64,000 nucleotides of DNA from Candidatus Dojkabacteria bacterium. GTDB lineage: Bacteria > Patescibacteriota > Dojkabacteria > B142 > OLB20. Below are positions 17,801-27,159 of this stretch, piece after piece; the first letter of the stretch is position 1, and every line of letters starts with the position of its first letter. The position numbers and the translations under genes were made by a program. The notes under the pieces are model-generated. The model saw only the letters and a list, made by a program, of their open reading frames with translations. It made no database searches and was not told the DNA's origin. The stretch spans positions 194,335-258,334 of the forward strand of contig DAOMOX010000001.1 in NCBI GenBank assembly GCA_035444565.1, written 5' to 3'.

Positions 17801-19826
17801 CTGTAAATCCTGCATAACCTTCGTAAATATCCACATACATCGAACCTTCATTATCAGTTATGTTGTTATCGAAAGATGTAAATTTAAATTCACCTGTATA
17901 GTTTTCAAAACCTCTTGCATATGTATTTGCTGGTGAGAAGTAACCCCAATCTGCTGGATCATCATTAACTGTAACTCCAAGAGCACCTGTTGTGGTCAAA
18001 TCCATCACATTTATCCATGGGATATATGGACCTACAAATCCATCAGATTCTAATCTTTCTGAATAGGCAGGATCAGTTAATAATTCTGTTCCTCCTCGGT
18101 ATTTATAAGTTCCTCTTGCCATTAGAACATAATCGCCCTCTGGTAGTTCTGATGAGTAACTTGGAGTATAAGGATCTCCTATTTTGTCATCAGGTTCGAC
18201 TTCTACTGTTTCTAGTAATTCTCCTAACAACTGAACATTCCATCCTGGAAGATAATTTTGTTGATTATCTTGTTTACAGACAGTGACATCAGCAAATCTC
18301 TGAACAGGTTTGTTAAATGCTACACAGTAAGCTTCTTTATCTTCATTAAATAATGCATATTCTCCATAATTTGAAATATCACCATGACCTTCGCCATTTC
18401 TGTAACAAGCAAACCCTAATATTCTAGATGGGTCATCCTTTAACTCTCTAACTTCTAATCTACCTTCATATTCAATATCTGAGAGAACACCATCTCCATT
18501 TGCATCTGTTATTACATCATCTAAAGGAAAAACTGGACCTGTGGGGCTTCCACCTCCTGCAGTATCGTCAGGGTGTTGATCAACTTCAAACGTATAAGAT
18601 TCCCCTTCAACACAACCAGCAAAGCTTTCGTCATCAAGTTGATCGAATGCCATTCCATTTACTAAGCCTGATGAGTCAGGTCTGATTTGATTTTCATTCA
18701 AATCTATCTCTCCTGTTGTGAATGATGTTTTATTTAGAACACTACCCTCGCTACATTCATACTTTTTCACAAAAAGTGTTGCCATCGGAGTAGGTGTTGG
18801 AGAATCTGTCGGAACCGGTCTCACACATTCGACACTAACATTATCGATAAATGTTCCTAGTGAATTTGGAGTTCCATCATCCATAAATGAAACTACAGCT
18901 TTTTCCGAAGTTGCTTCGGCTGTCTTTGTATATTTCGTCCAAGTAGTATTTCCAGCTCCTGCACCTGTATGCGTATCTAAGGTGACACCATCCCAAGCAC
19001 TTACAAGTTTATTGTCCGCTTCAGAGGTTCCAGGTCTTGGAGAGAAGTGATATTCGATTTTGTATTCATATCCAGGGATTGTTGCGATTTCTTGACTAAT
19101 TTTTACTGACGCAGGTTCATTGTTTAATGGATTTGATGGTCCGAACCAATCTGCATCAAGCTCAGCATATTGAGCACCAGCTTGCGGTAACCATCCATTT
19201 ACTCCTTTGTGTAATTCAAGATTAGCAACTTTAGGCCTATTTTGACCTTCAAATAATGTTTCGGTACTTTGCCATTCAACTTTCCATTCCAAACCAGCTG
19301 TGTCATTAGGAACTATGTCCCAGTTTGCTGCTGTTGTGACTACTGGAGTTTCAAAATCAGGATTTTTTAGTAGGTTTACACCTGGGGTACAAACAAGTTC
19401 TTCACCAAGTACTTGCGCTCTTTTAAATGATACATGTGAAATATCTTTACAGCTCGAGTCTTTTTCATCTCCCTCCCAAACCTCTGAAACTGTTGCGGAA
19501 CCAGTACCCAGTCCTTCGACCTCAAAACAATCTCCAATAATATCGGCACCATATTCTAAAATATCTTTACCTCCATCTTTGATACATACTTCACTTACTT
19601 TGTAACCCACACCTGCATTATGAGTCTGTTCTTTTTGTTCATCTGGCCAATTATCATATTTAACCCAATCACCGCCTGTTTCAGGACATGTCTCGGCAGC
19701 ATTTGGATTAGTGTTGTCCTCAGGTTTTCCAGCAGCTTGTGCCGGAATCAATCCCACCAGAGGCGAAAAATATTGGAGTAAAATTAAAAATACGGTCAAA
19801 ACCGAAAGGTACTTTTTCCGAGGCAT
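14829..19826 (-). CDS. Large cell-surface adhesin-like protein (DUF642-like carbohydrate-binding, SdrD-B/Cna-B repeats, DUF11, LSDTG anchor)
   Basis: Signal peptide; NLLKNPDFETP jelly-roll; repeated GxKx(E/D)DxNxxG...GW...TDxxGxYxF...FGN units; KT...PGQLVTYNIRVAN...DNLP (DUF11); VLGA..LSDTG + TM + KFRR. Confidence 0.88.
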   Translation of the reverse strand: MPRKKYLSVLTVFLILLQYFSPLVGLIPAQAAGKPEDNTNPNAAETCPETGGDWVKYDNWPDEQKEQTHNAGVGYKVSEVCIKDGGKDILEYGADIIGDCFEVEGLGTGSATVSEVWEGDEKDSSCKDISHVSFKRAQVLGEELVCTPGVNLLKNPDFETPVVTTAANWDIVPNDTAGLEWKVEWQSTETLFEGQNRPKVANLELHKGVNGWLPQAGAQYAELDADWFGPSNPLNNEPASVKISQEIATIPGYEYKIEYHFSPRPGTSEADNKLVSAWDGVTLDTHTGAGAGNTTWTKYTKTAEATSEKAVVSFMDDGTPNSLGTFIDNVSVECVRPVPTDSPTPTPMATLFVKKYECSEGSVLNKTSFTTGEIDLNENQIRPDSSGLVNGMAFDQLDDESFAGCVEGESYTFEVDQHPDDTAGGGSPTGPVFPLDDVITDANGDGVLSDIEYEGRLEVRELKDDPSRILGFACYRNGEGHGDISNYGEYALFNEDKEAYCVAFNKPVQRFADVTVCKQDNQQNYLPGWNVQLLGELLETVEVEPDDKIGDPYTPSYSSELPEGDYVLMARGTYKYRGGTELLTDPAYSERLESDGFVGPYIPWINVMDLTTTGALGVTVNDDPADWGYFSPANTYARGFENYTGEFKFTSFDNNITDNEGSMYVDIYEGYAGFTEQNGCVTFEDVPYGDYMTNEILMKDWENVSGQASEVVVENETETFTLVNRPVSEPAKLLATKVVCSEEQYLPNNQQGPIDADTAAEWVAQSGGQCKIEEDWDFQWGPAGSGSFGDFQENTTEMGDPWTTFSSGVEVELPELESVGGRVELREVFPDESYVPFSNDGNVSAEFYCTGDTTNYDNWEWLSGYQEDNTYYCVAFNAVKMGAIEGMKFEDANANGERDDEEMGIPNWQIVLKPETLEPIYDLDLPANSPTGVNTGVLSSSKYYLVEVEGTYSYSGVTKLADAEYYSTDNWSNSADFADNPGRDVRTLDVVIDNQNIEWGSSNSAHLYKTVIKGNDAVANLRIFDEDNDPNPPSWYNDNAGTLEVRVYDVSNYRVETDEDGEYSQEIENGEYQVVEINQPGWIQTAPSPSYCHLTVENGSIETCEFGNTRMGLIDGYKLEDTNGDGTLTRQDARLEGWEINLWTGDEEDPISKIQTKTTDENGYYKFDNLLPGIYWLNENQKDGWTQTAGDEVQGPLVIQVGTELHGNNFGNFELGRVQGYKWDDMNANGLADEDKDSLLSGWKVTLEILEDDEENGYKVMNSLSYKMTDEKGAFEFDGLLPGEYKLCEEMQDGWMQTYPSKQNEISVAFSDDYDTECHYIEIETSGQVLSNFNFGNFELGQVSGYKWDDDNGDGIKTYGEPKMEGWTVELRMDTYDGTVVDTEETDTEGEYSFNNLMPGTYFLTEVNQAVTNGSWEQTYPVDPGYHTFIIDSSGDVFEDMNFGNNVIGDILAEKTTTNETFTPGQLVTYNIRVANKGTETAHGVEIWDNLPAGMQYYDSSPNGQYTPANNRVTWTKESLDVNEEWTAQIRLLVPADSTATSIINEVRALRSCQLVNEFTTTLVPSIVEVPEPVIEFCEDDPTPEDNIDSVSLNRAQVAGANITDDEESTGNIRGMATSALGKVLGASNSLSDTGRNMSTALILGTSLISAIFILNKNKFRRNIY

Positions 19827-19891
19827 AGAATTTATTTAAAAAATAAATGGGGTAATAATATTGTATCTAGTTCACAAAACGAAAGCAACTA

Positions 19892-19907
19892 ACTAAAGTG
19901 ACACTTT
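19892..19907. promoter_or_regulatory. Candidate operator ACTAAAGTGACAC(TTT), palindromic core AAAGTG-A-CACTTT
   Basis: The identical 13-mer recurs at 47640-47652; partial copies at 20146-20154 and 47499-47508. All are intergenic. Confidence 0.45.
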
Positions 19908-20184
19908 TTCTTGATTTATTGAGATTGATTTAACGATTCCCCACTATTTTAAGTATACGGGAAACGTTGATTGCTAACAGAACCTGAATTATTTTCTTTT
20001 AGAAATATTATCAAAGGAAAAATTACATAGGGCTATTTCTTTACTCTGAGCATAAGTATGTTAGCTCGGGTTTGCAATAATTTCCTAACCACAGTTGTAG
20101 TAACAAACTCTATTAGATGAAAAAGGATAAAATAGTTTTACCGAGTAAAGTGACCCAAAACCTCAACAAGCAAGTAAGGTTAGT

Positions 20185-22779
20185 TTAAGGAAATATGTAA
20201 CTAGAGTTTTTTGTAATAATTCCTTTGAATCTGTCAACAATATTTTTACCCTTTAATTGTTCATCCTTAGCTAGTTTTTTATTCACTAACCATTGTCTAG
20301 ATTTTCTAGAGATATAAAATCCTTTCGTAGACATTATTGCGTAAATCCCCGACCTCCTATAAAATTCTTGCAAAATATCCAATTCGTTTTCCTCAGGTTT
20401 AATATCTTTTTCCTTAAACCTCCGAGAAATCGACTTATAAACCCTTGCTGCTGTACCGAAAGTGTTGTTGTGATGTTTATCTGGATCGGTGATTATCATT
20501 TCATAAAAAACAGGGTCTGCATCAGGATTATCTTTATCACCTAACATAAACACCACTTTTATATCCTTATATCCTGTTTTTCGATCCACAAATTGAACTA
20601 GGTCAATCATCTCATCAATTCCAAGTCTTTGCCTTGTCTTTTTCTCGAAGTCTTTTGCCACTAATTTAAAGTCTTCATTATCAGGAAGTGAAATTCTTAT
20701 AGCTAATTTCGGTTTTTCCCCATCAACACTTTCATATGGCCTACCAATAGAAAGTGAAAGATTTGCGAAATTATCATTTTTCTGTGATTCTTCGAATTCC
20801 GACAAAATATTTTCAATGGTTTCAAAAGCACTTAACATAAATGATCCATCATCCTGATTCTCTTTAAGAACAATCCTACATCGAAATATATCTGTAACTC
20901 GAGTTATTCCTTCCGAGAGGAATTTATTAAAAATACCCATAAAACTTTTTCTATCAAATTCAATTACACCCGTAGATGAAGCTACCCGCTTAATTACCTT
21001 CTCCATTTTATTCACTCCAAATTCGGATTGTGACATATACTGATCTACTTTAGATTGAATTTCATTAAACCCTTCTTCAGACAATAGTTCCCTCTGAAAT
21101 TTTTCTTCAACTTTATTATTTAGTACCTTTGCCATTCCCTTAAGTCCAAATGATTCAATCAAAGGAATCAGAAGATATTTACATTCCTGCAATTGCCTCC
21201 AAAGGTAGGTAGGGTCAATTTCTTCAATTCCTTCAAGATGATCAATATTATCGAAGAATTCTAATGACCTTAGCAAAGGACCCTCAATATCAAATGCCTG
21301 AGATTCCCTAAATGCCTTTAATGGGATATTTCCCATAGAAGGTCTTAGTCTAAAAAATTTATCTTTATTAGCTCTGAAGAACTCAAAGCTTCGTTTCCGA
21401 CTGTTATCATGACTCTTACTAGGTTTGCCCAGAATTGATTGCAAATGTTGTTTAAAATCTTTCAATTCATCCTTCTTCTCCTCGGAAAGGTCAGGACCAA
21501 TGTTCAATCCGTATACTGAATTGATATTATGGACAGGTATCTCGGACTTATCTTCAATCGCTTTTGATGAATAAGCAATTCCAATAGAATATCTTAATAA
21601 TTCTGCCATTTCTGGATTACTCTCATCCATAGTTGCTAAAGTGGACCGTAATTTATCTTGGAACGCCTTGGTTTCTACGAAGTCATGTAAAAAAATTGCC
21701 CCAACCATACCTGTCGAGTTTACTACACCGTATTCGGAAGAATTCTTCTCCAGATCTCTTATCATCCTAATTATATGCTCATACCTATCCACCCTGTTTC
21801 CAACCTTCCCCGGCCTACCCATCCACTCCACAATAATATTGTGAATATATTTTAAATAGTTTGTTGATAATTCTTGATCTCTTTCAATTTTTTTAAGTAC
21901 TTGTTCAAACTTATTAAATAAAGGTAAATTTGAACCTCTAAATACCTCTAGATAATTCTCTTTTGTTTCCTCAAGATATTTCATAGGTCTTGATTTATAT
22001 TTCTCATCCGTTAATACTTCTAGAGTAGGAGCTTTTCCAATATCATCGATATGATTTACCATTCGGTCTATCATCTTTACAAATTTTATTACCCGCTTTT
22101 TACCCGCAATTTTTTTCGCATACTCTTCTATTGATACTCCCTCACCTTTAGAATGTGTCAAAGCTTCAATATTATCTTTAAGTTGAGGGGGAAAATGATC
22201 GATATATTCTTCAAATTTAGAGTCTTTAATATCCTCTAACCAATCATGTCCTATAAATGTAAATACTGATTCAAAAAAATTAAGTGGATCATCCCCATCA
22301 TCTTCAAGAATATCATTTATTATTTCCCCCCTATTATCAAAAATCACCCTTAACCCTGGTAATAGATGCCCGTATAAGGATCTCCTTAAACCATCCCTCC
22401 TCTTGTCATTTGAGTGAATTAATTTACTAACTTCTAAGGCATTTAATAATAAAGAATATTCCTCAGAACTTATGTAGTTGGCGCCCAAGTAAAATGCGAA
22501 TTCGTGTTCAATTTCTTCGGGGGTGGCAAAATTTACAGTATCTTCTAACCATGTTTCTCTTGATGTAGGGGTAAAAAATAGATCTTGTAATGCAACACCG
22601 TATTTGAATTCTAACCAAGCTTGTTCCCTATTTTCATTTCTAATAATTTGATCTATAGAATTTTGCCCTCCACTTAGTGTCTCTAAACGACCGAGATGAA
22701 AAGAAGCCATCAAATAGGGATCGTTATTTAAACGATCTTTAATCTCTGGAGTTATTACTAATTCTTGTTCGGGATTCAT
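20185..22779 (-). CDS. Atypical RelA/SpoT homologue: HD + HD + divergent synthetase-like domain, no TGS/ACT
   Basis: HD1: H..DKRRDG..YGH, GHDWLED, EALT, VKMIDRMVN. HD2: YEH, LHDFVE. RSH linker LIPLIESFG. Synthetase-like RKS....NK, TDIFRCRIV, GYKDIK, YEMII, FGTAA...YK. Confidence 0.7.
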   Translation of the reverse strand: MNPEQELVITPEIKDRLNNDPYLMASFHLGRLETLSGGQNSIDQIIRNENREQAWLEFKYGVALQDLFFTPTSRETWLEDTVNFATPEEIEHEFAFYLGANYISSEEYSLLLNALEVSKLIHSNDKRRDGLRRSLYGHLLPGLRVIFDNRGEIINDILEDDGDDPLNFFESVFTFIGHDWLEDIKDSKFEEYIDHFPPQLKDNIEALTHSKGEGVSIEEYAKKIAGKKRVIKFVKMIDRMVNHIDDIGKAPTLEVLTDEKYKSRPMKYLEETKENYLEVFRGSNLPLFNKFEQVLKKIERDQELSTNYLKYIHNIIVEWMGRPGKVGNRVDRYEHIIRMIRDLEKNSSEYGVVNSTGMVGAIFLHDFVETKAFQDKLRSTLATMDESNPEMAELLRYSIGIAYSSKAIEDKSEIPVHNINSVYGLNIGPDLSEEKKDELKDFKQHLQSILGKPSKSHDNSRKRSFEFFRANKDKFFRLRPSMGNIPLKAFRESQAFDIEGPLLRSLEFFDNIDHLEGIEEIDPTYLWRQLQECKYLLIPLIESFGLKGMAKVLNNKVEEKFQRELLSEEGFNEIQSKVDQYMSQSEFGVNKMEKVIKRVASSTGVIEFDRKSFMGIFNKFLSEGITRVTDIFRCRIVLKENQDDGSFMLSAFETIENILSEFEESQKNDNFANLSLSIGRPYESVDGEKPKLAIRISLPDNEDFKLVAKDFEKKTRQRLGIDEMIDLVQFVDRKTGYKDIKVVFMLGDKDNPDADPVFYEMIITDPDKHHNNTFGTAARVYKSISRRFKEKDIKPEENELDILQEFYRRSGIYAIMSTKGFYISRKSRQWLVNKKLAKDEQLKGKNIVDRFKGIITKNSSYIFP

Positions 22780-22828
22780 CAGAAAAAACAGAAAACTATA
22801 CCATATTATTATATCATTAATATATAAA

Positions 22829-22860
22829 TAGCCCCATCTTGAAAACTCAAGATGAGGCTA
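22829..22860 (-). terminator. Terminator hairpin after ppa
   Basis: tagccccatcttga-aaac-tcaagatgaggcta stem with one mismatch. Confidence 0.75.
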
Positions 22861-22879
22861 TAAATCATTTGCAATATCT

Positions 22880-23476
22880 TTACTTTCCAAACTTCTCCCC
22901 GAACAATTTCACTGCTTCATTGATTATTTCATAAGCTTTTTCTTTTTCACCCCAGCCTTCGACTATAACCTTTTTATCAGTTTGGCCTTTGTATTTAAAT
23001 TGTAAATCCTTGTATCTCTCGAAAAAGAAGCCAATTTCATCTTTCTGGTGTTCTGACAAATCTGTGATAGATTTTATATGTTTGTATCGAATATCATCGA
23101 CTGGAACCGCTAGAATTTTGTCGTCTTTCTCACCACTATCATTAAAAAGCATAACACCAATTGGTCGGACAGAAATCAAACAACCTGGAAAAGTCGGATA
23201 AGTCAAAATACACATTACATCAAGCAAATCCTCATCCTCATCCCATGTTTGCGGAATTGCTCCATATTCAATAGGGTATGGTAATTTTTCGAACAAAACT
23301 CTGTCCAATTTCAATAATCCTGTATTTGTGTGAAATTCAAATTTATTGATTGAACCCATAGGTGTTTCTACAAGCATATTGATTTCCTCAGGAGCATTAT
23401 CCCCAACAGGAAGTTCAAATAGAGGATTCATCATTGTTTTTTGCGGTTTGTCCGCTAAATTTGCGATATCTGCCAT
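22880..23476 (-). CDS. ppa: Inorganic pyrophosphatase (family I)
   Basis: LDRVL, YP..YG.IPQT..ED.D.LD, D.GEKDDKILAVP, FFERYK. Confidence 0.95.
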   Translation of the reverse strand: MADIANLADKPQKTMMNPLFELPVGDNAPEEINMLVETPMGSINKFEFHTNTGLLKLDRVLFEKLPYPIEYGAIPQTWDEDEDLLDVMCILTYPTFPGCLISVRPIGVMLFNDSGEKDDKILAVPVDDIRYKHIKSITDLSEHQKDEIGFFFERYKDLQFKYKGQTDKKVIVEGWGEKEKAYEIINEAVKLFGEKFGK

Positions 23477-23549
23477 AAAAATATATTAATAAATAGAATA
23501 ACTTTTGAATCCTGTATGATAACACGCAAAATTAAGTCTCTCAAGAACG

Positions 23550-23577
23550 AAAAGCGCCCTTCTATTCAAGGGCGCTT
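23550..23577 (-). terminator. Rho-independent terminator
   Basis: aagcgccctt...aagggcgctt with a T tract on the minus strand. Confidence 0.8.
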
Positions 23578-23592
23578 AAATATTTTTACTCT

Positions 23593-24993
23593 TTAATCTC
23601 TAAGCATTCTCACTCTAGTCTGGATGATTATTGCCATAAGCGCTATAACTCCAACAATTACTAATAACATTGAATATTCAGGAATAGTCACCACTAATGG
23701 GAAAAATCCAAGTGCTAAAACCATTTCTGGAATTACAAATTTTGAACTAAATTTGAATCCTGCAATTCGACCTAATAGATAATACATCAATCCCCCAATA
23801 ACTACCACTGCTATAAGGAATGCCAGATAGAGTGGCATGGAGAAATTAGGCACTTTAGAGAAATTACTGAAAAGTTCAATCGTAGGATCAATGGTGAAAC
23901 TCGAAAGATAATGTACGAATGGGAAATACAGTGTAAACAATATTGTGACAAGAAGCATATCAAATAATGATAGCTTTCTTTTACCAAATCTATACGCCAA
24001 ATAAAGTGTAATTATTATAAATACGAAATACACTGGTGCCATCGTCAAATACACTCTGGAAACCTGTGCTGACGGATTGAGTTTGTCACCGACAGTTATA
24101 CTAACCTTTGGTTTTGAGTATAAATCTGGCTTGTCCCAGAACAAACTTACAGCACCATCCCCAAATTCTCTGTCAGTTACTGCTAGACCATCGTTGACAT
24201 CATATGACCTTGTTCCATTAATTGTAACTTTGAATTTGAAGTCTTGAGAACCTTTTGGATTTTCAATTCCTTCGTAGTTAAAACTAGAGACACCTACAGT
24301 TTCGTATCTTACCTCAACATTTACATCTTCCCCTGCTGGAATTTTCCCTTCCCAGCTTAGTCCGTCGTATTGAGTATTGTTATAGTAATTATAATCATAG
24401 GGCGATTTGGTCGGATTAATAGTGATTTGAGTCTTCGCATTAGTTACTTCTTCTCCATTAACTAATAATGTAGCATTACTAATCTCTTGTGAGCTGATAT
24501 TTCCAGGGAAAGGAAATTGAAACTTAATAAGACTTTCTTCATTAAGTTCATTTCTTAATAAATAAACGGATTTGAAGCTAGTTTTAAACGTAGGCTGATA
24601 AACCAATCCCTTTTTCACGAAATCTGCAGTGATTGTGACATCTGCATCTGTTGACTGTAAGCTGGTATTCTCGACATATCTCTTTGCGACATCATAAGAT
24701 AAGTCATTCTCTACATATAGTGAACTTTTTGTGTCCAACATTCCCAAACTTGGTGCAGATTGTGCCAATGGACCTCCATAGAGTTCTGCTGTTCCTGAGT
24801 AATTTCTATATGCAATTTCATTTCTTTCCTGTGCAATTGCTGACATTATCAAACTAAACACTCCAATGATTATCGTAAAGATAATAGTGAAAAAAATGTA
24901 CTGGATAACCAGAGAATCGACAGATTTCTTGACTGGTTTTGGCTGTGGTTGTGGTGTTTCTAACTTAGGGGCGTGAGTTGGTTGTTCGTTCAT
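23593..24993 (-). CDS. Membrane protein, CreD-like architecture
   Basis: N-terminal TM then ER, GGPL.Q, a large extracytoplasmic beta domain and ~6 C-terminal TMs. Family assignment tentative. Confidence 0.6.
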   Translation of the reverse strand: MNEQPTHAPKLETPQPQPKPVKKSVDSLVIQYIFFTIIFTIIIGVFSLIMSAIAQERNEIAYRNYSGTAELYGGPLAQSAPSLGMLDTKSSLYVENDLSYDVAKRYVENTSLQSTDADVTITADFVKKGLVYQPTFKTSFKSVYLLRNELNEESLIKFQFPFPGNISSQEISNATLLVNGEEVTNAKTQITINPTKSPYDYNYYNNTQYDGLSWEGKIPAGEDVNVEVRYETVGVSSFNYEGIENPKGSQDFKFKVTINGTRSYDVNDGLAVTDREFGDGAVSLFWDKPDLYSKPKVSITVGDKLNPSAQVSRVYLTMAPVYFVFIIITLYLAYRFGKRKLSLFDMLLVTILFTLYFPFVHYLSSFTIDPTIELFSNFSKVPNFSMPLYLAFLIAVVVIGGLMYYLLGRIAGFKFSSKFVIPEMVLALGFFPLVVTIPEYSMLLVIVGVIALMAIIIQTRVRMLRD

Positions 24994-25103
24994 TTTATAA
25001 AAAAATAAATATTAATTAATCATACAACAATTGGAATAACGCTGGTACAGAAAAATATTACAAGAAAAACGCAGTAGCGGAGCTTTATTTCGTAGGAAAT
25101 TAG

Positions 25104-26390
25104 TTATTCGAAGCGAAGGGCTTTCACTGGATCGAGTCGTGCAGCCTTGATTGCTGGGTAAATACCTGCCAATACTCCTGTGATGATACAACCAATAATA
25201 ATTCCCAAGACGATAAGAGGATCAAGACTGAAGTAACGCTGTGCGGAAAAGCCCTGTTCTTGAAGCATATCTACAATGAATGGATCCGCTATGATAGTAA
25301 CTGCCAAAACAATGGTCAAACCTAGTAACCCACCTAGTAACCCGATAACGCCTGACTGTATTAGGAAGATGTATAATATCTGGTAATTTGAGGCCCCTAC
25401 AGCCTTATTTATACCTATTTCCCGAGTCTGTTCGTAAATACTCATAACCATAGTGTTGATAATTCCAATCGAAGCTACAAAGGCAGAAACGATTCCGAAG
25501 AAGATCAGTACAAAAGTGATAGCATTTGTGATTAAACTCAAAAATTCGAGTACGTCATCAGCACTAAAAGCCTGAAGTCCATATTTTTCAGAGATTTCTT
25601 CTCTGAATTTATTGACATCATCTTCGTTATTTAATTCAATGAATAGCTGGTCATAACCTATATCCTCTAAATATTCTTCCCCATTGATGAATCCGCCATT
25701 TTGTGCAAGCATCTCTGCTGCATCTCCAGTGGTAATAATCGCATCGGAACGATCAGAGCCCGAATCAATAACTCCAACTATCTTGTATCTATATTCCTTG
25801 TCGATTTGAGTTTTGGTTTTGTTCGAGAGCAATGCCGATGGTGCAACCTCTATAACCAAAGTCTGTCCCATGATTTCTTCATGACTGGTTTTGAAGAAAC
25901 TGACGACATCCTCACTGACAAAGGCTTCCCCAGAATCCAAAACTGTTTTTTCTCCATCAAAACCAGTGAAATACCTAGAGTCTCCAGCAACATCCCAACC
26001 AAAAGGAAAACTTGGTGAGAAAGCTTTATCGTTACCATCAAGACGCAACTGCATACCATTTATCATAATTGCAGGAACGACTTTACTAACTCTACTATCA
26101 TCTTGAATCTCTTTTACTAATGCTGAAGTCATTAATTCAGGTTCTTTCACCTCCTCTTCTTCGCCTTCTGCATCACCCATATCACCTGCAAAACTGAGGA
26201 AGTTAGTACTAGAAACTATTATCTCGTTTGGCTTAAATCTACTGGTGAATTCGTTTGTAATAACGTCTTTAAATCCATTCATTCCGAAAATTATCAAACT
26301 CAATAGTACAACAGCAATAGTAATACCCAAACTTGTGAGGAAAGTCCTTAATTTACTTCGAAATACTAGATTTAATGAATACTTTAACAT
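25104..26390 (-). CDS. ABC transporter permease, MacB/FtsX family
   Basis: KLRTFLTSLGITI, GIINTM..S..E.TREIGI.KAVGA, YPA.KAARLDPV.ALR.E. Confidence 0.93.
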   Translation of the reverse strand: MLKYSLNLVFRSKLRTFLTSLGITIAVVLLSLIIFGMNGFKDVITNEFTSRFKPNEIIVSSTNFLSFAGDMGDAEGEEEEVKEPELMTSALVKEIQDDSRVSKVVPAIMINGMQLRLDGNDKAFSPSFPFGWDVAGDSRYFTGFDGEKTVLDSGEAFVSEDVVSFFKTSHEEIMGQTLVIEVAPSALLSNKTKTQIDKEYRYKIVGVIDSGSDRSDAIITTGDAAEMLAQNGGFINGEEYLEDIGYDQLFIELNNEDDVNKFREEISEKYGLQAFSADDVLEFLSLITNAITFVLIFFGIVSAFVASIGIINTMVMSIYEQTREIGINKAVGASNYQILYIFLIQSGVIGLLGGLLGLTIVLAVTIIADPFIVDMLQEQGFSAQRYFSLDPLIVLGIIIGCIITGVLAGIYPAIKAARLDPVKALRFE

Positions 26391-27068
26391 TTATTTATTC
26401 CTAGATTTATCTAATTTACCGTCTTTCAAAAAGATTCGTCTTTTAGCACCTACAATTAACTCTGTATCATGCGTAACAATCAATAATGTCGTTTTCATCT
26501 CCCTATTAATCTCAAGCAACAAATCCATAATCTCCTTACCAGTCTTACTATCCAGATTCCCAGTTGGTTCATCCGCTAACAATATTTTCGGTTCAGCTAT
26601 CAATGCTCTAGCTATTGCGACTCTTTGTGCTTGACCACCTGAAAGTTCTTTTGGTTTATGATTTTTCCTGTCGGTGAGGCTCACTCGATCTAATAAGTAG
26701 CTTACTTTATCTTGCATTGCTTTTTTTGCACTTCTATTTGCGAAATAGCTCGGAAGACCAATATTTTCGGCAACACTTAGAGCAGGGATGAGGTAAAATT
26801 GCTGAAAAATTGTTCCAACAATATTTCTACGATAGAAAACAGAGTTATATTCGCGTATTTCTTTCTCGTCAACCCTTACCTCACCATCGTAATCCCTATC
26901 AAGTCCACCTAAGACATTTAATAATGTTGATTTACCCGATCCCGAAGGTCCAATAATTGTGACAACCTCACCAGATTCTATATCGAAGCTGAGGTTATTG
27001 ACAGCGTCAACGATATTGTTACGGCTAATTCTGTATTTCTTTGTAAGTTGTTTTATCTCAATCATCAT
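26391..27068 (-). CDS. ABC transporter ATP-binding protein (LolD/MacB-type)
   Basis: GPSGSGKST, LSGGQ.QRVAIARAL, ADEPTGNLD, VTHD. Confidence 0.95.
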   Translation of the reverse strand: MMIEIKQLTKKYRISRNNIVDAVNNLSFDIESGEVVTIIGPSGSGKSTLLNVLGGLDRDYDGEVRVDEKEIREYNSVFYRRNIVGTIFQQFYLIPALSVAENIGLPSYFANRSAKKAMQDKVSYLLDRVSLTDRKNHKPKELSGGQAQRVAIARALIAEPKILLADEPTGNLDSKTGKEIMDLLLEINREMKTTLLIVTHDTELIVGAKRRIFLKDGKLDKSRNK

Positions 27069-27159
27069 AGCAAAGGTATCATATCACAAATTTAGATAGA
27101 CAATAAAATAAATTGGAAATATTCAAATTACAACTCAGAATGTCCGACAAAGTCATACG

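Noticed and set aside
19930-20080. Possible riboswitch (GCAAACC reminiscent of c-di-GMP-I) in the long region upstream of the adhesin; two weak hairpins at ~19932-19968 and ~20046-20069
   Set aside because: No GAAA tetraloop/receptor or second conserved stem is recognisable. It needs an Infernal/Rfam scan and is not supportable by eye.
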